From Candidatus Bathyarchaeia archaeon (GTDB lineage: Archaea; Thermoproteota; Bathyarchaeia; Bathyarchaeales; Bathycorpusculaceae), in the NCBI GenBank assembly GCA_030019335.1, contig JASEET010000005.1, positions 25,962-89,961 on the forward strand: a stretch of 64,000 nucleotides of DNA. Direction: 5' to 3'. Numbering within the stretch: position 1 is the first letter of the stretch; each line of letters starts with the position of its first letter. The position numbers were made by a program, and so were the translations under genes. Shown here piece after piece: positions 20,010 to 27,716 of the stretch. The notes under the pieces were generated by a model, which saw only the letters and a list, made by a program, of their open reading frames with translations, was not told the origin of the DNA and searched no databases.

Positions 20010-20053
20010 GTCAGTCAACGCTTTTACATGCGATGGAAAGAAAAGTGAGGATA

Positions 20054-20353
20054 ATGCCGGTTAAAAGGAAAAGCCGTGGAAGATCCAAAGGTGGCAAGGG
20101 AAGAAGTGGTTTTGTTCAGTGTGTTAGTTGCGGGCAAATGGTGCCTCGAGATAAAGCTAAGAAGGTTACTAGGAGGGTTTCTATGGTTGATTACGCTTTG
20201 GCGAAGGAGCTTCGTCAGAAGGGTGCGTATATTACTGCTCCGGTGCAGACGAAGTATTATTGTGTTTCGTGTGCTGTGCATCGGGGTGTTGTGAAGGTTA
20301 GGGCTAAAAACGAGCGGCATACGCGTCCGAGACAAGGAAGAAGGAGATTTTAG
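20054..20353 (+). CDS. rps26e: 30S ribosomal protein eS26
   Basis: MPVKRKSRGRSKGGKGRSGFVQCVSCGQMVPRDKA...YCVSCAVH. GTGAGG precedes ATG 20054. Confidence 0.9.
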   Translation: MPVKRKSRGRSKGGKGRSGFVQCVSCGQMVPRDKAKKVTRRVSMVDYALAKELRQKGAYITAPVQTKYYCVSCAVHRGVVKVRAKNERHTRPRQGRRRF

Positions 20354-20362
20354 TTTTTTAGC

Positions 20363-20971
20363 TTAAGCTTCTCTTTTCTTTAGTTTGTTGTAAACGTGTA
20401 AGCCTCTTTGTAGGACTGTTAGGTTTGAGAGTATTGCGAGCAGGATTATACCTGTGTTCATTACTGTTTTTGGTTGCCAAAAGCTTGCTGTTATGCTTGC
20501 TATGGCTAGTATGATTATGCGTTCTGCCCTTTCTGCTAACCCAACGGATTCCATTTTTATTCCGGCTGCTTCAGCCTTTGCGCGGGTGTAGCTTACGAGT
20601 AATGAGCCTGTTAGGGCTGTTAAGCCCCATGGTGCATCGCATAATCCGCTTGCTATTATGCCTGCGTATACAGCAACGTCCGCATACCTATCTAGTAAGG
20701 AGTCTAGAAATCCGCCGAAAGCCGTTGTTTCATGATAGAGCCTAGCTAATATTCCGTCTAGGGCGTCGCAGAATCCTGAAAGCAGGAGCAAAACGGTTGC
20801 AAGCAGAAGGTAAAGTGTGCGGGTTTGCCCTGCTGTGTATGCTATGGCTGAAAGGAAAGCTAAAGCTATGCCTATGGCGCTTATCCTATTTGGTGTCAAC
20901 CCTATTTCATGGGCTAGTTTTGCTTCTGTTGTAAGCATTGTTTGAACTTTTTTCTTCAGTTTTGTTAGCAT
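20363..20971 (-). CDS. CDP-alcohol phosphatidyltransferase (archaetidylinositol-phosphate/archaetidylserine synthase-like)
   Basis: DALDGILARLYHETTAFGGFLDSLLDRYAD matches D-G-x2-A-R-x8-G-x3-D-x3-D; multiple TM segments. Confidence 0.85.
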   Translation of the reverse strand: MLTKLKKKVQTMLTTEAKLAHEIGLTPNRISAIGIALAFLSAIAYTAGQTRTLYLLLATVLLLLSGFCDALDGILARLYHETTAFGGFLDSLLDRYADVAVYAGIIASGLCDAPWGLTALTGSLLVSYTRAKAEAAGIKMESVGLAERAERIIILAIASITASFWQPKTVMNTGIILLAILSNLTVLQRGLHVYNKLKKREA

Positions 20972-21134
20972 AGCATGGGATTCTCCATTTTTATGTTAGC
21001 GTTTATGATTATTATTCCCTGCATGAAAAGGTTGTTGAATTGTTCCTTTTAACTTTTCAAACTCCTACGTATTATCACTAGGCTTCTCTCATAAAAAAGA
21101 GGGGTTAAGAATCGCGTAAATATCAAATTTAGTA

Positions 21135-21172
21135 TTCTTCTGGTTTCTTCTTCTTTTCTGGTTTCTTCTTTC
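21135..21172 (-). repeat. purine-rich 18-nt tandem repeat (2 units, GAAGAAACCAGAA core) forming a 16-codon Lys-rich micro-ORF (21129-21179, MSGKKKPEKKKKPEEY)
   Basis: The minus strand reads ATGTCTGGAAAGAAGAAACCAGAAAAGAAGAAGAAACCAGAAGAATACTAA. Confidence 0.6.
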
Positions 21173-21450
21173 CAGACATTCGAGTTGCCTCGAGAAGCAA
21201 GTCAACTAATATGCACTTAAAATTTTACGGTTTCCAAGATAGTTTGAAAATTGAAGTTTTTAGATAAAAAATGCTAAAATAAGCCTGTAGTCGAGTTTAT
21301 AATAATCTAGATTTTTCTTTTTCGGAATCTTTGGCGAAAATAACTGGAATTTTGAAAGTGAGATGTGTTGTCTTGTGATGTGTATCAGCGTTAAGCATAG
21401 CAAACTTTATCTTAAGGTGGGTTGCTTCAGCAATCTATCGTTGGAATCAC

Positions 21451-22206
21451 ATGGTTTACTATGTAGTGTACAAAGCTTCCAAAAACCATAACAATCGAAG
21501 CCTAATCCCTACTCGTTTAAGGGCTATTGGTTGTAGGCAGATAAACAAAACCTTTTGGGAATTTGATAAGGAGAAAGTGGCTAGGGTTTTGAAGTTGCTT
21601 GAAAAGAATCAGTCTGTACTCCTTAAAAGAACTAGGGAAGTTAAGAAGCGTTTAATTGTAAAGGGCGTGGTTCAAGATCTTGGGAGTTTAATCGTAGTTT
21701 CGATTAAGGCTCCTAAAGATGAAAAGGAGAAAATATGGAAGCTTGTGAAAAAGACTCCTTGCATCCGTCTTTGCAGGCGTGTTTACGCTTTTTATCAACG
21801 GCACTCTCGATTTGATTCGGAAAATAAGTTAATTGATGCTAGACGTTTAGTAGCTTTCGTAAGAGAGCTTGGCGGAGAGGTTAAATTGTTTCCTAAAGTT
21901 GTTATTCCTAACGAACGTTTAGTTCAAAGGTTGGTTGATGAAACAAGGCAACATGCGGAAAAGGAGATTTTTGACATAATTCAAAATTGTATGCGGCTTT
22001 ATGATCAGTGTCTTAAAAATGAGTGTGATTCAAAGCAGTTTAATGATGTCTTACGCAAGCTTAGAAGGCAATTTGTCATTGTTAAAAGGAAGGCTGGGTA
22101 TTATGAAAAATGGATGGGGCTTGACTTTTCAAAAAGTCTGATGAAAGCATATAGGGCTCTGATAAAACTGAAACGTTATTCCGGATGGCAAAAGTTGGCT
22201 GCATGA
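21451..22206 (+). CDS. orphan hypothetical protein; two N-terminal beta-alpha-beta modules with a Cas2/VapD-like sequence pattern plus a helical C-terminal domain
   Basis: 251 aa. MVYYVVYK...RLRAIGCRQINKTFWEF...SVLLKR and LIVVSIKAP...IWKLVKKTPCIRLCRRVYAF. Flanked by about 470 and 230 nt of non-coding DNA. Confidence 0.35.
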   Translation: MVYYVVYKASKNHNNRSLIPTRLRAIGCRQINKTFWEFDKEKVARVLKLLEKNQSVLLKRTREVKKRLIVKGVVQDLGSLIVVSIKAPKDEKEKIWKLVKKTPCIRLCRRVYAFYQRHSRFDSENKLIDARRLVAFVRELGGEVKLFPKVVIPNERLVQRLVDETRQHAEKEIFDIIQNCMRLYDQCLKNECDSKQFNDVLRKLRRQFVIVKRKAGYYEKWMGLDFSKSLMKAYRALIKLKRYSGWQKLAA

Positions 22207-22436
22207 AAGGTTTTCATAGGCAATCCTTTTGTTAAGAAAGAACTTGGGAGTTTATCGAGTAAACTAGCAAAAAATAGGTTATTATTTTGAATAAACCACG
22301 AATTTTTCAATTTTTCTTGAATTGCATGTTTTTTTGCCGAGCATTGGTTTAGAGGGTTTAGATTTTTAGTTCTTTATCTTTTAAAAATCTTTAACTGAAA
22401 GTAGCTGATGTGGGTTTTTTCGCGGAGGTAAAAACT

Positions 22437-22505
22437 ATGCGCTTCGAAGAAGAAGAATGGGAAGAGGAAGAAGAATGGGAAGAGGAAGAAGAAGAGGAGT
22501 GGTAA
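22437..22505 (+). CDS. 22-codon acidic micro-ORF MRFEEEEWEEEEEWEEEEEEEW
   Basis: GGAGGT lies 7 nt upstream of the ATG. The ORF is built from three 18-nt repeats (GAAGAAGAATGGGAAGAG x2 plus a variant). Confidence 0.4.
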   Translation: MRFEEEEWEEEEEWEEEEEEEW

Positions 22506-22686
22506 AGAACCTTTAACATACTAAATCATATCCCCTTTTATTACTCCAGAAATATGTAAATGTATTTTTTGTTTGCATTAAAAGCTGAGTATGTTAAGCA
22601 TTTCAGATTTGATTAATTTTGTTATTTGGTAGCAATTCTTATTTAAGCGGGATAGGTTAAAGATAGTTTTGTTATGGAGTGTCTGT

Positions 22687-22980
22687 ATGATTAGCATCAT
22701 GTCCGTGAAGGTTGACGATAAAACTTGTTTGGGAGTGAAAGTTGAGCTTCCTGATTCGCCGCCACTGCTTCTGGTGGTTGCTGAGAAGGGATTTGTTATG
22801 TGTGGTTTTTTGAATGTTGATGTTGCTGAAAAGCTGGGTGTGGCTGCTGTAGTGGTTAGTGGAGTGAAAAGTTTTGAAGACGTGCTTAATGCACAGGTTA
22901 AAGCTGCAACTTCGAAGGCTAAGGCTTTAGGTGTAAGCGTAGGAATGAAGGGTGCTGATGCCTTAAAGTGCTTGTTTTAG
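22687..22980 (+). CDS. DUF1805 (YunC-like) domain protein
   Basis: LGVKVELPDSPPLLLVVAEKGFVMCGFLNV...AAVVVSGVKSFEDVLNAQV...GMKGADALK pattern. The track start is TTG 22669. Confidence 0.55.
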   Translation: MISIMSVKVDDKTCLGVKVELPDSPPLLLVVAEKGFVMCGFLNVDVAEKLGVAAVVVSGVKSFEDVLNAQVKAATSKAKALGVSVGMKGADALKCLF

Positions 22981-23369
22981 AAACAACTAACTTCAACCCG
23001 TTTCCTCACCCTCTTTGCGATGCGCAAAAATTGACCTATACCTACCCCCTATAGCTTTTTGATACCCCTCCCCTACCTTTCCTGTGTTAGGAATATTTGG
23101 TTATCCGTGCAATTATTACGGGATACCTCCTATCATTTTTTGCAACAAAGTATCTATCACATAAGTTTGCAGATTTTCTGTGTAAGCTTTGCGAAATACA
23201 CATCCTCTAGGTTTCTGCAATGATCGTCTAATAGGCTCCAAATAGGTTTGCTTGTTTTAGAGATTTTCTGTTGCAATACTGATAGCCTTATGGTTTTCGG
23301 CAAGACGGCTTTGCGAGGTAGTGGCTAAGGCTTATTAAGACTATTGAAAGCTAATCTTTTGGGAAGTTT

Positions 23370-23840
23370 ATGCCAAAAAAGAAAAGTTGGTCTGAAAAAC
23401 TGAAAGATAGCAAAGGTTTGCCGAAAGTAGAGAGAATTACTGATAAAATGAGTAAAAGATGGGGTACAGGTACTGTGGTTATTCCGGCGCCTATGGAAGT
23501 TGATGAAATTATGAGAAGGGTGCCTGAAGGAAAACTTATTACAATTAATGAAATTCGCTTGGCTCTTGCTAAAAGACATGGAGCGACTATCGGTTGTCCT
23601 ATGACTACGGGTATTTTTGCTTGGATTGCTGCTAATGCTGCTGAAGAACAGAGACAAAAGGGTGAAAAGGAGATTACTCCTTACTGGCGTACGTTAAAAA
23701 CTGGTGGAGTGATAAACCCGAAATATCCTGGTGGGGTTGAAGCCCAAAAGAAACTTTTAGAAAAGGAAGGACAGAGAGTAGTTCAGAAAGGCAAGAAATA
23801 TGTTGTTGTTGATTACGAAAAATCATTAGCAAAAATATAG
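23370..23840 (+). CDS. MGMT/alkyltransferase-like DNA-binding-domain family protein (no active-site PCHR Cys)
   Basis: 156 aa. VPEGKLITINEIRLALAKRHG...ITPYWRTLKTGGVIN resembles the MGMT C-terminal DNA-binding fold with PYWR in place of PCHR. Confidence 0.45.
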   Translation: MPKKKSWSEKLKDSKGLPKVERITDKMSKRWGTGTVVIPAPMEVDEIMRRVPEGKLITINEIRLALAKRHGATIGCPMTTGIFAWIAANAAEEQRQKGEKEITPYWRTLKTGGVINPKYPGGVEAQKKLLEKEGQRVVQKGKKYVVVDYEKSLAKI

Positions 23841-23955
23841 CGCTACAACGTTGTTTTTCCATGCTGCCTCCATATGAAGATACCAAGAATTTAGAAGTAG
23901 TTCCAAAGCTAAATCGTCAGACATTTCCACAAATTTAGCATTGCTACGTTGTAAT

Positions 23956-25215
23956 TTACTGAGTTTCGGCGCAAATGTAATTTTTATTTTGTAGTTCTAG
24001 TGGGCATCCTCCGCCGCAGATTTGCAGTTGCAGGCAGTCTTTGCATTTTGGCTCCGCATATCCTCGTTTTCTTATTTGCACTGCAAGAGGATGGTTCCAG
24101 ATTTTCTGCCAATCATCTTTGAGAATGTTGCCGAGGCTTTCAAAGTAGCTTTGACATGGGTAAACGTCGCCATTTGGCCCTATACACATGTTGATCCTTG
24201 CGGCTGAGCATGATTTGACGCCTAAGCCCAGTTTAACGGGGTCTAAGCGGCAGTATTGAGTTGGTGTGTACCATGGAAACTTTAATCCGAGCTGATTGGC
24301 TTTGTCATGAATTTTGGGTAAAAGTTCATTTAATGTTTCAAGAGGTAAGGCAAATTCTTTGCTTATAGCATTTGCCTTTCCTGAGTAGATTAAGCTGTTG
24401 CATCCGAAAGAAGCAATTCCAAGTTTTTCAGAAAGTCTATTATTTCTAAGAAATTGGCGGCGTTATATTTGCTTAGAGTGGTGTTTGTGGTCAGGTAGAT
24501 TTGTGTCGGAACAGCATTCTTGATTCCGGCAACAGTTTCTTTCCAGCTCCCTTTGGTTGCAGTCATTGAATCATGGGTTTTAGGTTTGTGAGATTCAAGC
24601 GTGACTTGAACGAAGTCTAATCCGGTTTTTCGAGAGTTTCAACGTAAGCTTTGTCTTTTAGTCTTCTTCCGTTGGTGATAAGTCCGGTGACCATTCCCTT
24701 GTTCCGTGCGTAAAACAATAGTTCTGGCAAGTCTTCGCGTAGGGTTGGTTCGCCTCCGGTGAAGGTTAAGATGAACACTCCGATTTGACTAAGAGTGTTA
24801 ATGACTTCTTTCCATTGTTCTGTTGTAAGCTCAGAAGTTTTGTGTGGTCCGCCTGCATAACAGTGGACGCAGTTGTTTTGACATCTGAAAGTGAGCGCTA
24901 AATCCATGCGTAGTGGTGCTGTATAGTGTTGGCTGAAGGGTTCCACGGTTTTTACGTCGAGAAAGGATATGGGACAGACTTTTTCGGTCTGTGCCAGTGT
25001 GCTGATTGTGTAGACGATTTTTCGTAGTCTTTCTTTGCTGTTTTCGCGTCTACTCTGTACATGCGGCGAACCTTTTTCAAGGCGGCATCTGTGGGTAGTC
25101 CTTGCATGAAAAAGTAGGCGTAGGCTGTCGCTGTCTCGTTAAGATAGAGGACTGTGTTGGCGTTAATGACCATGAGCCCTTGTTGGTCTGGTTCGATGCG
25201 AAGCTGAAGCGCCAA
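23956..25215 (-). pseudogene. PqqD/RRE-domain + radical SAM + SPASM peptide-maturase-like gene, split into 4 pieces by three 1-nt shifts in T5 runs (24424-24428, 24626-24630, 25018-25022)
   Basis: Own frame-corrected translation: ...LRIEPDQQGLMVINANTVLYLNETATAYAYFF...RMYRVDAKTAKKDYEK/IVYTISTLAQTEKVCP...LALTFRCQNNCVHCYAGG...FTGGEPTL...ETLEK/TGLDFVQVTLESH...DFLKK/LGIASFGCNSLIYSGKA...CIGPNGDVYPCQSYF...CKDCLQLQICGGGCP. Confidence 0.75.
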
Positions 25216-25302
25216 ACCAGCAAATTCGTCTTTTCCTCGATAGGTGTAGCAGCCTTGCGGAATCTTGGGCGGGCGTAAGATTTTATGTAAGAAGCTTATG
25301 AT

Positions 25303-25767
25303 TTAGCCCACTCTTCCGCTCGCACAGGCGCAGGCGCATGATACACAGGCACAGACGCATGCACATGCTGCGCATGCACAGACGCAACCAGCCTCGTGGC
25401 GAGCAGGCTCGGTTGAAGACTTGGCGGCTGGCATTGGAATAATTGCGTTGGTGAATTTTTCAAGGTTAGCTACGATGTTGTTTGAGGTGTTTTCCACCGC
25501 GGTTGCAATGTTGTTTGCGAAGTTGGCGCCTGGAATTGTTGGTGGTTTCACCGATTGAGTCGGAGTTTCAACGTTTGGTTTGTATGTGGGATTGGGGTGG
25601 TAGTGTTGATAGCCGTACCAGTACCATAGCCAGTATGAGCTTGGTTCGAAGGCTGTGTCTTGGAATGTTGTTTGTGTGCGCGATTGATAGTTTGGGTCTA
25701 GTAAGAGCCACAAGAGTTGTTCGTCATAAGCTTTTGAGGCTAACTCTGGTGTGCCTGCCTGTTCCAC
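25303..25767 (-). CDS. hypothetical protein with aromatic-rich centre and C-terminal alternating-Cys core (candidate RiPP precursor or metal-binding tail)
   Basis: 154 aa ending ...ARHEAGCVCACAACACVCACVSCACACASGRVG. GTG start at 25767. Its stop is followed in the same frame by the rSAM reading frame (annotated TTG start 25215, 87 nt downstream). Confidence 0.55.
   Translation of the reverse strand: MEQAGTPELASKAYDEQLLWLLLDPNYQSRTQTTFQDTAFEPSSYWLWYWYGYQHYHPNPTYKPNVETPTQSVKPPTIPGANFANNIATAVENTSNNIVANLEKFTNAIIPMPAAKSSTEPARHEAGCVCACAACACVCACVSCACACASGRVG
25318..25389 (-). repeat. low-complexity TGY/GCN codon-alternation tract encoding (Cys-Ala/Val)n
   Basis: The plus strand reads GCTCGCACAGGCGCAGGCGCATGATACACAGGCACAGACGCATGCACATGCTGCGCATGCACAGACGCA. 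Confidence 0.8.
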
Positions 25768-25961
25768 TTGTTCCCAAGCCTTCGCTACAATTTTTCTGTA
25801 CTAGTCGATTGTGTCGCGTCTACAGTATCCGCGTATTTTTTGTTCGACGGTGTCTCTGAGGAGCATTACTGTTTGGGCTAGTTTTCCTTCGTCTAGGTTT
25901 CCGCAATCATCATCGAGACTTATAAGTGTAAAAGCTAAAAAATCCGTGTGGAGATGTTATC

Positions 25962-26555
25962 TTGTCTAAGAGGGAGCTTTTAGACGCTATTGCCGCAGGA
26001 GTCATCGTTTGTCGTAAATGTGAACTTTGGAAAACCCGTAAAAATGCTGTTCCAGGCGAAGGCAGTCCAAACAGCCAAATCATGTTTATTGGAGAAGCGC
26101 CTGGCTACTGGGAAGATATCCAAGGAAGACCATTCGTAGGTGCGGCTGGAAAATTCCTTGACACTCTGCTTTCTGAAATTGGATTTTCAAGACAAACAGT
26201 CTTCATCGGCAACATTTTAAAATGTAGACCTCCAAAAAACCGTGAACCCTTACCCGACGAAATTCAAAAATGCACACCATACCTGAACAGCCAAATTCAA
26301 ATCATCCAACCAAAAATTATCGTTACTCTCGGAAACTACTCAACAGCCTACATCTTCTCCAAAGCCACTCTACCATTCAACGGAATAACCCAAGCTCACG
26401 GAAAATTCTATAAAGCATCCATTTTAGACATGCGAGTAACAATGTTTCCAACATTTCATCCAGCCGCATCGCTCTACAGTGCAAGATACAAAGAACAGCT
26501 GATTCGTGATTTCCGCACACTACAGCATGAACTTAAAGAAAAGGGACTTATTTAA
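25962..26555 (+). CDS. udg: family 4 uracil-DNA glycosylase ([4Fe-4S] type)
   Basis: CRKCELW..., GEGSPNSQIMFIGEAPGYWEDIQGRPFVGAAGKFL and HPAA motifs; TTG start. Confidence 0.9.
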   Translation: MSKRELLDAIAAGVIVCRKCELWKTRKNAVPGEGSPNSQIMFIGEAPGYWEDIQGRPFVGAAGKFLDTLLSEIGFSRQTVFIGNILKCRPPKNREPLPDEIQKCTPYLNSQIQIIQPKIIVTLGNYSTAYIFSKATLPFNGITQAHGKFYKASILDMRVTMFPTFHPAASLYSARYKEQLIRDFRTLQHELKEKGLI

Positions 26556-27487
26556 TCACTTATCTTCTTAGCAGCCTTTATATCATTAAGCAACTCTTCT
26601 ATATCCCTGTAGGTTTTAGACGGCAAATCAGCCAGAACAGCACCAAGCCTAACCTGTTTTCCCTCCTCAACCTCCACAAGCCTCCACCCAAGCTTTTTGA
26701 TTAACATACTCTTCGAAGCAGGATACCGCGTCCTTTCAACAACACGTCTAATAGAGGCTAAACCCGTCGAACCAGTAATTTTCGGAAAAACACCCTTCAA
26801 CAAGTATTCCATGAACCGTACTCCATCCATAAACATTGAAAGGTTGTTAAACAGAACGTAAACCTCTTTCCCCTCCCTTTCATACGCACTGATTAACTCC
26901 TTCAGCTCTTGCAGTTCAGAATCACTAAACTGGTAATAATACATTCGTTCACCCAAACCGTGAAGCCTAAAATAAGCAACCTCGCCAGTGTAAGCTGGCA
27001 TAACCCTAAACGGGTCAGTAACATGCACAACATCCAATCTCTCCAAAACCTGCCCAAGCCTTTTGCGAACCTCAGCACTCTCCCACGCCGGTCCACGAGT
27101 CTCCCAAACCAAAACCAAACCTTCACGATCCACCGTCCCAAAAAACTTCTCAGCATCCCCAAGCCTATCAGGTCTAAAAGAACCCGGCGTTTGAATAAGC
27201 AATATTCTCGAGTTTAGAGTCTTGCATATCCACTTCATACGCTCAAAAGCCTGAAGACGTGCTTCCTCAACTTTCAGTTTCGCCTTATGACTTATGTCCT
27301 GATGCGCCTTAACAGTGAATTCAAAATTTCCGGGCACCTTTTCACGCCAACCTTCAACCGTTCTTTCCCGTGGATACTGATAAAAAGTGCTGTTCAACTC
27401 TACCAAGCTAAAGTTTTCGAAATATTTCTTCATGGATGTTGGAAAACCGCAACACCCAACCCTAATCATCATAACCGCCTTATACAC
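26552..27487 (-). CDS. DUF72 family protein with C-terminal extension
   Basis: IRVGCCGFP...YFENFSLVELNSTFYQYP...WREKVPGNFEFTVKAHQ is the DUF72 signature. Confidence 0.8.
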   Translation of the reverse strand: MYKAVMMIRVGCCGFPTSMKKYFENFSLVELNSTFYQYPRERTVEGWREKVPGNFEFTVKAHQDISHKAKLKVEEARLQAFERMKWICKTLNSRILLIQTPGSFRPDRLGDAEKFFGTVDREGLVLVWETRGPAWESAEVRKRLGQVLERLDVVHVTDPFRVMPAYTGEVAYFRLHGLGERMYYYQFSDSELQELKELISAYEREGKEVYVLFNNLSMFMDGVRFMEYLLKGVFPKITGSTGLASIRRVVERTRYPASKSMLIKKLGWRLVEVEEGKQVRLGAVLADLPSKTYRDIEELLNDIKAAKKISD

Positions 27488-27716
27488 TTACTTTCGGGGT
27501 GAGTGGACTGGTCTGCCAAGCTTCTCTTAGCCAAAACCTTGCAAACACTTAGTAATACAGACATGCGAATACTATCCTCACATAATTGTATATTCTGGTT
27601 TTTCACGTTTTAAACTTATAGTTTACATTTCAACTATTGCGCCCTGCATTCCTTTTTTCTTGCCTGGAATATAAAAACAATAGAGAAAGTTAGTAAAAAA
27701 GCGCGTGCTTATGGTG

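Noticed and set aside
21129-21179. The 16-codon Lys-rich micro-ORF as a missed tiny ribosomal protein (eL41-like).
   Set aside because: The sequence MSGKKKPEKKKKPEEY does not match eL41 or any small ribosomal protein I know. There is no SD, and it is generated by an 18-nt repeat. I kept it only as part of the flanking-repeat observation.
22437-22505. The Trp-codon micro-ORF as a trp-operon-style leader peptide/attenuator.
   Set aside because: The downstream gene is a DUF1805 protein about 180 nt away, and no trp biosynthesis genes or terminator/antiterminator hairpins are evident. trpB2 is 18 kb away on the other strand.
23030-23095. A G-run cluster on the minus strand (GGTAGGGGAGGGGTA...GGGGGTAGG) as a G-quadruplex.
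   Set aside because: Only three runs of three or more G, with a 16-nt loop. This does not meet the canonical four-tract motif.
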